From assembly GCA_002189035.1 (NCBI GenBank), contig NEEC01000016.1:2294001-2358000 (forward strand): a stretch of DNA of 64,000 nucleotides, in the 5' to 3' direction. Shown here piece by piece: positions 39,890 through 53,591 of this stretch. Each line of letters starts with the position of its first letter. The first letter of the stretch is position 1. A model generated the notes under the pieces. It saw nothing but the letters and a program-made list of their open reading frames with translations, was not told where the DNA came from and made no database searches. The position numbers and the translations under genes are program-made. Origin of the DNA: Utricularia gibba. Lineage: Eukaryota; Plantae; Magnoliophyta.

Positions 39890-41165
39890 TCGAATTGATG
39901 GAAGAAGAACATGTGAAGGCAATGGGATATTTGGAGCCACAAAGGAAGAAATATGGTCCCTATTCGAACACCTACAATCCTAGATGGAGGGATCATCCAA
40001 CTTTCAGATGGAGTAACAATGATAATTCTTACAAGAGTGAAAGTTCATCTGCTAGATAGCAAGGATTTCAGCAAAATTTCCAGGAGCAGCATCAACGTTC
40101 TTATCAAGCTCCACCATTTTGCAAGTCAAACAAGCAGATGCAATAGCAACTTCAGCCTTCAAACCAGAATAATTCTAGAGGAAATTCTGGAAATTCATTG
40201 GAGGATATTTTGAAGACTTTCATGACCCAATCAATCAAGAATCAAGTTGAGAACCAACAAGCTATCAAGAATCTAGAAATGCAAGTTATGCCTATAGAAA
40301 TTTTAGCTATCAAGAATCAAGCTGAGAACCAACAAGACAGACAACTTTCACTTGTCCATTTGGGACTTATACCTATAGAAGATTGTCTTTTGGATTGTGC
40401 AACGCCCCTGCTACCTTCCAAAGATGTATGACCAACGTCTTCTCAAACTTTGGTGAGGATTTTATTGAAATTTTTATGGACGATTTTAAAGTGTATGGAG
40501 AGGATTATGAGTCATGTTTAGACCATTTGGATCAAGTATTGCAAAAATGTGTTGAAAAAAAATCTTGTTCTTAATTCTGAAAAATGTCATTTTATGGTTG
40601 ATCATGGAATTGTGCTTGGCCATGTTATTTCTAGGTAAGGTATTGAGGTAGACAAAGCAAAAATCGAAATTATGACTGAATTACCGTATCCAATTGATGC
40701 TAAAGGTGTGAGATCATTTCTGGGGTATGTCGGTTTTTACAAGAGATTTATTCAGACTTTTTTTAAGATTGCTTTGCCTCTTAGTAGACTTTTGCATAAT
40801 GATGTAGAATTTTTTTTTTGATGATTCATGCAAAAATGCTTTAAATTGTTTGAAAGAGGCTGTGACCACTGCTCCTGTGATACAACCACCAAACTGGAGG
40901 TATGATTTCGAAATTATGTGTGATGCTAGTAGTCATGCTGTAGGAGCAGTTTTAGGACAGAAAATTGAAAGAAAACATCATGTTATTTCTTATGCCTCTA
41001 AAACTTTAGATGAAACCCAGAAAAATTACATTGTGATAGAAAGAGAATTTTTGGCTGTCATTTTTGCTTTGGAGAAATTCCGTTCCTATCTTTTAGGGAG
41101 CAAAGTGGTGGTCTACACAGACCATTCAATGGTAAAACACTTGATAGAGAAGAATGAAACCAAAC
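39890..41165 (+). pseudogene. Athila-like gag, RT and RNase H fragments with deletions
   Basis: PYSNTYNPRWRDHPTF; FGLCNAPATFQRCM..IFMDDF; FEIMCDASSHAVGAVLGQ; VYTDHS. Confidence 0.92.
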
Positions 41166-41234
41166 CTAATAATACCATGGTGCTTTCCTTCCTAGTGATG
41201 AGGCCCAGAAACATAAGAGATAATATTTCGAAAA

Positions 41235-42043
41235 GGGAAAAATCGTTTTTTAAGACACAATATTTTACCTATTTTCATTTTAAAGTCAAACACTTTAATT
41301 TATACAAAATAAAGTCAATAAGTTTATCAATAAATTCAATTTATGGCATATCGGTTAAAAACTATTTTAAAAATTTTTAAAATTTGAGATAAATATTTTT
41401 AAAGAGAATTAAAATTTAATATACATTTTTAAAAAATATTGTAAATTTTTAAAAATTATGAAAAAAATACTAAAAAATAATGAAAAATTATTACATTTTT
41501 TTCTAGTTTCATTTCTTATAATTTCCTACAAATAGTATTATAGAAATAATAATTCTATACACAAAACCTTCTTTATTTCTTCGTATTTCAATTTTAATTA
41601 AAGACATTTATGCAAATTCAAGTATCAAAATGAAAGGCTTGTTAGTATGTGTGATCCAGTTGGTGTAATCGAAGAAGAAACATACGAGGATCACGTAGTA
41701 CTTTAGAGAAAGGATAAGAAAGCATTATCTATGTTCAGGTATTATTATTAAGATGTTTCAATCTCAAAAAAAATTGGATGATGGAAGTATCATAGAAAAA
41801 ATATTAAAAATTGAGAAAAATAATTTTTAAAAATTTAAAATATTTTTAAAAATATATATTGAATTTTAGTTCTATTTAAAAATATATATCTCAAATTATA
41901 AAAATTTTTAAAATTTTTTTTGGCCGAAGTACGATAAATTGAGTTTATTTATAAACTTGTTGACTGAATTTTGCACAAGTTAAAGTATTTGACTTTAAAA
42001 TAAAAATGACTAAAACATTGTGACTTAAAAAATGATTTTTCCC
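41235..42043. mobile_element. Non-autonomous Mutator-like element (809 bp, about 230-bp TIRs)
   Basis: GGGAAAAATC...GATTTTTCCC long imperfect TIRs; perfect 9-bp TSD TTTCGAAAA (41226-41234 and 42044-42052). Confidence 0.93.
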
Positions 42044-42061
42044 TTTCGAAAACCTAATAAT

Positions 42062-45000
42062 ATTTTCTAGGCCTTATCCAAGGTTTTCGAAGCATAAGAG
42101 ATAACATGGTGCTTTTCTTCAATTTTCTATCTCAAAACAGCACCCACAGCATGATTACTTGCATCACACATGATCTCAAAATCATATTTCCAATCAGGTG
42201 GTTGTATCACGTGGAGTAGTAACAGTGTTTTTCAAAGAATTAAAAGCATTCTTACATAAATCATCAAAATTAAAGGCAACATCATTATGCAACAACCTAA
42301 TAAGAGGCAAGACAATTTTCGAAAAATTTTTAATGAACCTCATATAAAAACCAATATGTCCTAAAAATGATCTAATACCTTTCACATCAATAGGATAAGA
42401 AAATTTAGTCATAATCTCAATTTCTTCCTTATCTACCTCAATTCCTTTTTTCGAAATGACATACCCTAAAACAATTCCATGATCCACCATAAAATAACAT
42501 TTTTCAAAATTTAAAACCAAATTTTTCTCCACACATTTCTTCAAAACCTAATCCAAATGGTCTAAGCATGACTCAAAATTTTCTCCATATACCATAAAAT
42601 TATCCATAAATATGTCAATAAAATCATCCCCAAAATTAGAGAAAATACTAGTCATACACCTCTGAAATGTGACTGGGGTGTTACACAATCCAAAAGGCAT
42701 CCTCCTATTAGCATAAGTTCCAAATGGACACGTGAAGGTTGTCTTGTCTTGGTCCTACCGTGAAATAGGAACCTGATTATATCTAGAGTATCCATCCAAA
42801 AAACAATAAAATGATTTTCCAGCTAATTTTTCCAACATCTGATCAATAAAAGGCAAAGGGTAATGGTCTTTCTTTGTCACTTCATTTAATTTTCGATAAT
42901 CAATGCAAACCCGACATCCATTTTGCACCCTTTGTGGAACAAGGTCGCCTCTCTCATTTTCCACCACAGTCATCCTTGTCTTCTTTCGCACAACGTGAAT
43001 GGGGCTCACCCATTCACTATCTGTGATAGAGTAAATAATCCCTACATCATGAAGTTTAACAATTTTTTTTCTTACCACCTCCATCATGTTTGAGTTCAGG
43101 TGTCTTTGAGGTTGACGAACTGGTTTTGCACATAAAAATCAGCTAAGAACACAAGATTGTTGCGTTTCTCGTAGACATTGTATGTCTTAAAAGCAGCGGA
43201 ATTTTAAAAATTTTGAGAAACCCCAATCGCAGATCTTGGAATACGGTATACATCAGACGAAGGGATGTTTAAAGTACCTTTCAGATGACTCTGTTCTTCA
43301 CCAACCACCAATAGCAGATGGCCTCTATGGTATCCACACGTGGAGCACTCTGTCGATAACCTTCTCAAGGCTCTTGAATGCTGGTCGAATTTCTCAAGTG
43401 CTAGTAGAGAAAAAAACGCCCTTGTAGATCAGTCTCAGAGAGCACGAAGACCTTGGAGCAGATCTCAAGATCTAAATCTTTTTTATAGATATTTTTGTGA
43501 CATATCAAATCATATCTATATGAGATCTTTTATTTTGAGTTTCATCAATATTAATTTCAAAATAACTCTCTATTTAATTTATTCACTTTACCAATTACAT
43601 CTCATGTAATTGTGTCATTCTATTTTATATCGATAAGTGACTCAATTATTGTGTGTGACCCTATAGGCTTCTTCAATCAAGGCTGTCATAATGGATTTAT
43701 TAATTAACTCTTAATTAATCAAATCCATCATTATTGATGATGAGTGATGTCTAGCAACATATCATGATCCCCAAGATTAAAGAATAATTAGGTGAACTAA
43801 TTGAGCCTTTCCATGACCAACCACCATGCAATGAACAGCTTTCATCATACTTATATCTCATTCGATACCAGAACATGGGTGTGTGTCTTTCTGATGTATC
43901 AAACTTATAATTGCATTCAAGCATTAACACTCAATGACCTACTCAAACAATTCGAGTGTCATTACTCTGGGCCCAGGACTTACTGTTAGGCTTTGATGCA
44001 ATTACTTGAGATATGATCTCATTGCTAACATGAGTGATGAATCTTTTATTGATCAATCAACTATCTCCAACCTTAAGGAGTCACATCCCTACTCATCCAT
44101 ACTAGGCAAGCCATGGTTAGGCTCCCATTAGTAATGAGCGAGAATGTGAACTTAAGATCAAGATAATTTTGTTGACCTCAAGTCTAAGCTTACTTGCACG
44201 GCTGTCATATTCGAGATCTTGCTACTGACACTTGGTTAGCTTCCCATAGTAGCATCTCGAAGATGAGTCATCTAGTGAATCGATTCTCTAATCGACACCC
44301 ACACATAGGTTCTAGTAATCTCATTACATCAATTGTGAGAACCATTGCCTAAACAATTTAGGGAACTCAATGTGTGCCAGCTTATCCGTATTTGTGATAT
44401 CCTCATTTCACAAATACTCTAGCTAGGGAGTTCGTAACTTGAACATAAATGCTTGAAGAATCTCACATTATGATCTCATCATAATTTCTATAGCACATAG
44501 ATCAAGTAGAGGATTTTATCAATGATATAAATTTGATCACAATTCAAAGTAAATATCAAAAGATAAGATTTTCCAATGAGTTGATTGTCTCTAGAACACA
44601 TACACTAACAAAGATGCTCAATTTTCACCAGAACATCCTCCACCAAGCCTTTGGGAGAGATCACTCTCCTATCCACTAGCTCAATTTGCACGCTCGATGC
44701 TTGCAAAGGTCCCAACCTAAGTGCCCCATAAATAGAATTCGATATGACATTTATAGAAGCTCCCAAGTCTACCATGGCTCTCCTGATGCACAAATCTCCT
44801 ATTTTGCATGGGATAAAAAAATGTACACGGATCCTTACGCTTCTCAAGTAGTTTCCATGTGAGAAGTGCTGAGCAGCTTTCATCAATTTCACCTTCCCCT
44901 TCTCTTTCAGCTTGGGTTTAGACATACATAGCTGCTTCAAATATTTAACACTCTTCAGCACAAGAGCAATATACTCCAAGAGAGTTAAATTCAATTGAGT

Positions 45001-47737
45001 GTTTCCCAATGCTTTCAGCATTTTCTCTTTTTCGGTTTGCTCATCTTTCAGCTTCAGCCTTCTTGGAAAAGGAGGCTGTGTCACCTTCATCTTGACAAGT
45101 TCTAGAAGTACTTAAAATTCATCCTCACTTTGCTCAACAATTTCGTACTCTTCTGTTTCGTTCTCCTTAGTCTCAGTCTGGACTAGTTCTCGTCCAGGCT
45201 TCTCTTTTCCACTCCTAAGTGTCATGGCGCTGATGTTTGGTCATCCACTAGAATTTGGATTTGGCTTGGGTTAAGATGGTAAGCTCCCTTTCTGTTTCAG
45301 GTCTCCAAGCTCTGCTGCCAATTGACTCACTTGAACCTCCAAATTCCGGATTGCTTGTTGATTTTTAGCTTGATTTTTAATTGATTGCGCCATGAATGTC
45401 TTCAACATTTCTTCCAACGAATTTCTAGAATTCACTCCAGCATTGCCTTGATTTGGGACTTGGAATGGCTACTGGTTCTGCTGATTTTGCCTTCGAAATG
45501 GAGGCACCTGATATGATTTTTGCTCCTGAAAATTTTGCTGCCCCATGGTTAAGCTCTCCCCTTTGTAAGAGTTTTCGTTGTTGCTCCAACGAAAATTTGA
45601 ATGATCCCTCCAGCTTGGGTTGTAAGTATTTGAATATGGATCATATTTCTTCCTCTATTGAGGCTCCAAATATCCCATATCCTTGACATGCTCTTCTTCA
45701 AATAAATCTGGGCACTTACCAGCGGCATGCCCTATTCTATGATAGTTTCTGCATGGCATATTCTTAGCCTAGAATAAGAACAACTCCTTCATCATTTCAG
45801 ACATAGCAGCAACATTTTCCGTGAGTTCATTCTCTAAAACCCTGGGCTTGCTCTCCACTTCATACACCCTCTTGTTTGAGACTTGCTTCCTGATAATATG
45901 TCTCGAATGCTCAGCTAACTCCTCAAGCAAGAAAAGAGCTTCGATTGGTGTCTTCTTCCTTAAAAATCCTCCCGCCGCCGAATCTACCATGGCTCGGTTA
46001 GTGCATAGTAATCCATCAAAGAAATACTTGACCAAAGCATTGGTCTGAAAACCATGGTGTGGGCAGGAACCCAAAAGATGATTAAATCTCTCCCAATATT
46101 AGTGCAAGGATTCTCCACTCATTTGTTCAACATCACTAATTTCTTTTCTTATCCCTTCAGCCTTGGAAGCTGGAAAATATTTGCTCAAAAACACTTTCTA
46201 CATTCCAGCCCAATCGGTTATGCTTTCAAGCCTTAATGAGTTGAACCACGTTTTGGCTCCTTCTTCCAAAGTAAGCTGGAAGGCTCTCAAACAAATGGAA
46301 TCTCCAGTCATTCCAGCTCCTTTGAATGATGTGCATACCGCTGTCACATTATCTAGATGCTCATGAAGGTTCTCTCCAATTTTTCCATAAAACTTGGGCA
46401 AAAACATGATCATCGCCGGTTTCAGCTCGTTTGCTCCATCCTCTGGAAATTTGATGCATAGACCCCTATAAGTATGACCAACAGCATCTAATTCGTTCAA
46501 GGTCTTCTTAGGTTCAGCAGTTTTGAAATTGCTATTAGTGTCGGGTGGGGCTGCCTCAATCTGCTCACTTCCTTAACTCTGACCCTGTTCTTGCTAATAG
46601 CTCTCTCAATTTCTAGAATGAAAGTGAGATTACCTGCACCAGAAGAACATACATACTTAAACTAAAGACACAAAACAATTAACCATCACTCCCCGGCAAC
46701 GACGCCAATTTGATAAATGGAAATTTTAGCATATCGTTGCAATAAAAGCAAACTTCCGTATCAAATAAATTTATAGTCCCTTATATAAACAAAATAAAAA
46801 TTTAGAAAACTTGCATAGTGGATGTCAGGGTCGATCACGAAGAGCTTGTGCTTGCTAAGTGTTTTTGTAAATGCATAATTCAGGCTAACAATAAGTCTTA
46901 GTCTATGCTCGGACCAACAATGGTAAACAAGTGCGGTAAACAAGATCAGTAAACAATATCAGGTTTCAATGCAAAAGGTAACAAGTACTAGTTCTAACTC
47001 AAAATAACACGAAGATGCCTTAAGGACCTGTAGGTGGTGTGATGCTAAATTGCCTAATTCAATTTACCATGTTCCTACACTCACAACTTCAAATAACCTA
47101 AGACTACCTAGGTCATTCATCATATTTTTAGCTAAGCTAGTCCCCAATATCGTAACCAACATTGCAATTAGGTCTGCCCGCATGCAAAGCATATAGAACT
47201 AGGTCTACCCGGTTCTACTGGTTCTACTCCGGACTAACACCTACTGCTCTCATCTTGATTTGTTGGTCTACCTCTAAATCAAGCATTTAAGTTGTGAAGC
47301 TACTTATTTCCCTCCTTAGGTCTACCCACGGATTGATAGAAACAAGATTTAAGAAACAAACATAAAATTTATTATTAAACCTAAGCACACACCACCATAC
47401 TTCACCTTAAGGCATCCCTAAGGCTTTAGCTACTTATACTTGGAAAATAAAACATGATTTCATTCAGATAATATGGAAAAAATGACAGAAACATTGTAAG
47501 CAAGTCAGGTACAAAAAACTCGAAACCTTCAGAAAACGGAAAGGAAATAAAGATTGTTCTGCTGCCCGGTTGCTACTGTTCACGGCCTAGACTGGGCTCT
47601 GGTGCTGCTCTTGAAGATGAGGGCCTTCTTCTCCTCTTTTAGTTGGTATTTTTCGCATTGGGGGAGAAGCCCCTTGTGTGCGTTTTGTGCTCCTCTCGTG
47701 TGTCTGGCTGTTGTCTTGAGCATGACCTTCCTTGAGA
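42062..47737 (-). mobile_element. Athila-like element, 5' half (LTR 46711-~47737, PBS, gag, protease, RT, RNase H), truncated and interrupted
   Basis: PBS TGGCGTCGTTGCCGGGG (46691-46707, tRNA-Asp type); gag FLPKFYG..ENLHEHL (46198-46500); protease AMVDLGASINV (44605-45090); RT DHYPLPFIDQML, FYCFLDGYS; RNase H HHVISYASKTLD. Confidence 0.92.
43158..44598 (-). repeat. Probable Ty1/copia (Angela-like) LTR inserted in Athila pol, with flanking deletion
   Basis: Minus-strand TGTTCTAG...ACGCAACA termini; homologous to 51105-52400; no TSD; family assignment from recalled motifs only. Confidence 0.55.
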
Positions 47738-47989
47738 TGCAATAACCAAATGGAGTTTTGCATAGCATGAAGGTCTTGAAATCAAGCAGAAGGAAGACAA
47801 AAATTTCGTGCAATAACCAAATGGAGTTTTGCATAATGACTTTGTAGAATACATGGGATAAGTGAGCTCTGAACCTTCCATGGGTTAGTAGGATACTATC
47901 AATGCTTCACATAATGATTCTCTTGAATCACTCAACCCCTTATGTAGCTCACCAATAAGTCAAGGTGCTACGAGTGGAGTTTCGAGTGT

Positions 47990-50830
47990 GAGGATAGCTT
48001 CTACCAACTCAAGCATGACGTCAATGCTTCCTCTTATGTGAACAAATCAAGTCTTTACTATCAATATGGATGCCTCTAGAATAGGCCTCGAGGTAGTGCT
48101 AATGCATGAGGGATGTATGATAGTATATGCCTCTTGACAGCTCAAGTACTATGAACATAACTATCTAGTGCACAATTTGCAACTTGCAATAGTCATGCTC
48201 GTGGTCAAGTTATGGCAACAATATTTTATGGAACATATGCGAGCTCTATATTGATCATCAAATTCTCAAGTACTATTTACACAAAAGGAGTTGAACTTGT
48301 GCCAATGAAGATGGATATAGCTTCTTAAGAACTATGAATTGGAGGTTGAAGCACCATCCCATGAAAGCAAACATGGTAATAGATGACCTTAGAAAAAGGT
48401 CTATTGCCACATAAGGAGAAAAACAAAAAAAAGAGGCAGATCATATGCAAAGACTGGAGGAATTACTAGCAATCGTCTTCCTTGAGCTTGCCATTGTGGC
48501 GAGAAAATGAAATGTCAAGGAATGAGAAGACTCACGATTGGAACAAGAATATTGGAGCATAGAGAGAAGGGACCCTTCGAAATACATAACAATTACACTA
48601 TTGTTAGGAACAACTTAATCTAGGTATCAACAAACTGTGAGCTCAAGCTAGAACATCCTAGGGAGGCACATGCCTTGTGACTAACCACTCACCCTAGAAG
48701 TACTAACATATATAGGGACCTTCGACAAGGTAACTGATAGGATGGCATGGAGTGAGAGATGTCCAAATAAGTGGCAAGATGCTATATCTATCAATAGGCC
48801 AAGACTGACCCGATGCATTACTATAGCCATGAGAGATCCTCATGTGGAATTGGGAGCATATACTTTGACTTCATAACAACATTATCCAAGACCAAGAGCA
48901 TCATATTGATTACACATATTTTTGAGTAATTGAGTACATGGAAATTACTCATATTGTACTACAAAAATCAAGTTTTACTGTCTAGTTCTATATTTTTGCG
49001 CATAGCACTGTAGTTATGATATTTTAGTCTTAGTAACCTTCTAATAGTTTTCTTTGAGCAATGCAGCACATGTCAACAACACAAATTCTAAGGAGTCGAA
49101 TATAAACAGTGTAGTGGTAGAAGATAAGTCAAAAGTCTGAAAAGGAGTACACAAAAAATCCAAGGAAGAAGAAAAGGAGGATTTTGGACAAAAAGGGGGG
49201 CAAGATGGAGAGAGAAAAAGATCTCCCCCATTGGAGACTGACGACACAACTTTTTGGAGAATTTTTCTTGGGGGGGAAGAAGGAGGAAGATGAACATGAA
49301 CGAAGCTGATGTTTGAAGACTCTTTTCTATTTCTAAGGAATCTTACTCTTAGCTAAGAGTAGCTAGCGACATTTTCTAGCTTTCTGTTGAACTTTGAAAT
49401 CCTCTGCTTGTTTATTTTCTGGTAGTTGAGTGTAAGATGAATACCATGTGGATGATGTTTTCTTTTCTATTTTCATTTATCTTAAGCATGTGTGGCTAAG
49501 TACTTAGGGGTGCCTTGGGGTGAAAGGGGGAGAAATGTGCTTTCTTAACAAACCAAGATAAATCCAGAGAGGGAAGTAGTGAAACCCAGCTTAACAACCC
49601 TAATTAGAGGTAGACCAAAGATTAGGGGAAAAACAAGAGTCCGGGTAGACCTAGATCTTGTGTGTTAGTTGTTTGATTTATGGTTTGTGTGAGTTTGTTT
49701 AGTGATAAGCATACATCCCTAAGAGTCACAAGGCATCACCCATTTCATCTTAGAAACAACCGAGTTCCAAAGCTTGATAGTTTTCTTTATTGTATTCTAT
49801 CGTAGTTCTGCCTTAGTCCTAGTTAGGACCAATTCTACCAACGTGACATTGATTTCATGCATTGACTTTCACATAGCAAGCACCCAGCTCCTTGTGTTCG
49901 ACCCTAGTCTACTATGCTCATATTTTTCATATGATTTGATGTGAATTGGGTTTATAAATGTTATTTGATAGGAGAAATTTACAAATTAACGACTTTGCAC
50001 AAATTTTTCGTTTATCACATATGCTACCTATCCAAGCAAATTGGAACATGAGATAGCCAGCTCAAGTCTACATTGGGAAATCATGCATTTGAACGAGGTA
50101 CAAACTTCAATCATGTTGGATAGGGACTTGTATTTCACCACAAAATTCTTAGCAACATTAAAAAAGGACTTGGGTACTAAGTTGCTTGTCAGCACAACAT
50201 TTCCTCCATAGACCGATGGGCAATTTGAGCAAACCATTTGCACCCTAGAGGATCAGGTGTGAGCTTGCACACTAGAGTATCAAGACAAGTAGGAGGAACA
50301 TGTCTACATAGTGGAATTCATGTACAACTATAGCCACCAGGTGAGCTTGAGGATGGCCCCCTTTGAAGCATTACATGGATGATGGTTCTACACCCCATTG
50401 CATTTGAGGTGAGGGAGCACTCGATGCTAGGGTTGGAGTTGGTGCATCAAACTAGGATTACAAGCTGCACAAAATAGACAAATGAAGTGGGTGGATACGT
50501 GGAGGCAACTTTTGTAGCTTGAGAAGGGGGCCTAGGTGTATCTCAAGTTTTCATCATGGAAGGGGATCACACGGAAGCTTACCTTAGGGAAGTTGTGTCA
50601 CGATACATTGACCCCTATGAAATCATCGAACAAATTGAAGAGGCGGCCTATTAGCTAGCATTACCCACATGGATGCAAGGCATGCACAACATCTTCGAAT
50701 TACAGTTGAGAAAATATGTGACTATGCTTGAAAATGTTTGTGGTGAGAGTTCACATTAAGAGATAATTTGACTTATCAAGTGCAAACACTCAACATCTTC
50801 GAATGCCATGTGAGCATGCTCGAGCAAAGA
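47990..50830 (+). pseudogene. Highly decayed Tekay/Del chromovirus RNase H-integrase region, split by a solo LTR
   Basis: Degenerate D-A-S-R-I-G-L, YASRQLK, IDHQILKY..QKELN, integrase HHCC and D-R-D core on both sides of 48907-50017. Confidence 0.75.
48907..50017 (+). mobile_element. Athila-like solo LTR (family B, 1111 bp)
   Basis: TGATTACAC...TTTATCA; perfect TSD CATAT. Confidence 0.92.
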
Positions 50831-51104
50831 TTGCCTGAGTAAGGGAAATGTAAACAAGCAACAGAAATGAAGCTACGCAATGAAACTTAAATAAAGAGAA
50901 TGTTTTTGAGATTGGAATGATGTCTAGCTATGTTTGTCGTATCTCCACTCTTCTCTAATCTTCTCGAGTACTCGGTTATAGGACTAACGAATTACATACC
51001 CTCCCTGATATTTTCTTACAAGAAGGCACGAGAATAGCTTGATGTTCCTCCCCCTTGGACGAACGGGAAGATAAAAGGTCTTGCCATCATACCTTCATGG
51101 TCAA

Positions 51105-52400
51105 ATCTTGGAATACGACATACATCAAATAAAGCAATACTAGAAGTACCTTTTAGTAGACTCCGTAGTTCACCAATCTCCAATAATAGATGCCTCTATA
51201 GTATCCACATATAAAGTACTCTTTTGATAACTTTCTTAAAGCCACAGAATGATGGTCTATTTCTTAAGATGCTAGTAGAGAGAATCATCCCTCATTAGAT
51301 AAACTTCAGAGAGAATGAATGATTAAGAATCTCGAAAAATGAATTTTTTATATTATCTTATATAGATATTTGACAATATATCTAATCAAATCTCCGTGAA
51401 TACTTATCTCGCAAAAATCTAACAAGCACATATATTTCCAAATATCATTTATATCATATCTTTTGTTTTGAGTTTAATCAAAAAATAATTTTTTATTTAA
51501 TTTATTTATTTTACCAATTACATCTCATGTAATGTTATCATTTTATTTTATATCGATAAATAACTTTACTATTGTATGTGATTTTATAGGCTTTTTCAAT
51601 TAAGGTCGTAATAATAAATTTAATTAATTAATTCTTAATTAATCAATTTCATTATTATTGATCATGAATAATATCTAACAACATATCATAATTCTCAAAA
51701 TGTAATAATAATCAAAGTGAACTCATTAAGCTTTGCTATGATCATCCACCATGCAATTAATACCTTTCATCATACTTATATCTCATTGGAAACCAAAACA
51801 TGGGTATGTGTCCGATGTATCAAACCAATAATGGCATCAAAGCACTAACATTAAATGGCATACTCAAACTCTTCGACTGTCATTAACTTGGATCCAAAAA
51901 TTATTACTAGGCTTGATGCAATTACTTGAGATATCATCTCATAGTTAACATCAATGAAGAATCACTTATTGATCAATCAACTATCTACAACTTTAAGAAG
52001 TTGCATTCCTTCTTATCCGTACTAGGCAACCATGGTTAGACTCTCATTAGTCATAAGTGAAAATATGAAGTTAAGATTAAATTAGCTTTGTTACTCTCAA
52101 GTCTAAGCTTACTTACATGATTGTCATATTCGAGATCTTACCAATAACACTTGGTTAGTTTCCCATAGTAATATCTCGAAGATGAGTCATCCAATGAATC
52201 GATTTTCTAATTAACATCCACATATTGGTTCTAGTAATCTCATTACATCAATTGTGATAATCATTACCTAAAGAATTAGAACTCAAAAATGTACCAGCTT
52301 ATTTGCACTTGTGATATTCCTGTTTCATAAAAGCTTTAGCTAGAGAATTTAAGTAGAGAATTTTATCATTCATATAAATTTAATCACTATTGAAATCTAG
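51105..52400 (-). repeat. Second copy of the probable copia LTR, truncated
   Basis: Colinear homology with 43230-44540. Confidence 0.65.
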
Positions 52401-53591
52401 AAGACAATCAATGAATAACAGAGAGTCGTGCTCAAGATATTGAAGGAAATTTCATTAATTCTCAAAAACTAGGACATTGAAACAAATTTCTTCAATGAAA
52501 GTCTAGCCACGAACGGCCATGACAAATAGAAACAAAAATAGAAAATTAAAAGTCTTCCCCCTTCTATAGTAGAGAGGAAAAACAAAAGTGATACAAAACT
52601 CAAGTGCGAAAAAGGGAAGAGAAGTTTGATCTAATGAGTTAAAAGCTTACTTTTGTTCACATCCCCAAAGTGCATTTATGTCTCCTACTCTTTTCTTTCA
52701 TTCTTTCTGTCTCAACGTGCATTTAGCTTTTTCATTTGTGCAAGTAACTTCTCTAACCATCATAGCAAATTCTGATAGGTCATAAAGTATGAGTCATGGA
52801 TAGTGTCAATCTTCTACTCACCATGGATCTAGGTTGCATATAAGTTCCATAATGACAATGTTTAATCTTCTCAGGTGCCAGAGTCCAAGGGTGCTTCCTA
52901 TAATTTTTGGGTGAAATTACACAAAAACAAAACAAAAAATATATACAAACATAATAATAGTATTTTTCTTATAAAATATAATAATTATTAATATAAGTGC
53001 TAATTGGATAACTTATTTTTAAATTAACACCTAAATATATGTAATAAATATGTAGAAAATGACACTTAAGAGTAACTGAATGTGAGTGAGGTATGTTTCG
53101 AGACATAACATGCACCATGGGATAGTGATGAGGCATATCACCCACCATCGGGTGGTGGCGAGGCATTTCATCCATTGTGGGAGAGTGGCAACATTTCGAT
53201 CTAATTTTTGAGGTAGGCTACAGTCGATGCTCTAGTGGCAACATCGAGCATGAGCTTGGTAGAACAAGACCAACTAATAAATAGAGCTATAGATGATGCC
53301 CGTATGCGGCAATGCCATGATGCGAGTGTGTTAGTATGATGGCCAGTGTTGGTAGGAGTGAGGCTTGGCCACCACTCACATGAGGAGTGATTGGTGGGGG
53401 CACTTCACCATAATGACTACCTAAGGGACCTCGCTCAATGATGTTGAATATGTTATATCATGAGAGAAGGACAAGTCACACATGAGTTGTAACCCTTACT
53501 TGGTTTTGTATATAGATGGACAAAGCGCATAGGTGTAGAGCAGTGGACAGAGATGTTGAGCAATCAAGCAAGGCATGGGGCACATGGGGGT

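Noticed and set aside
47738-47835. 27-bp direct repeat TGCAATAACCAAATGGAGTTTTGCATA x2
   Set aside because: A two-copy local duplication at an LTR truncation point; not a CRISPR-like or regulatory array.
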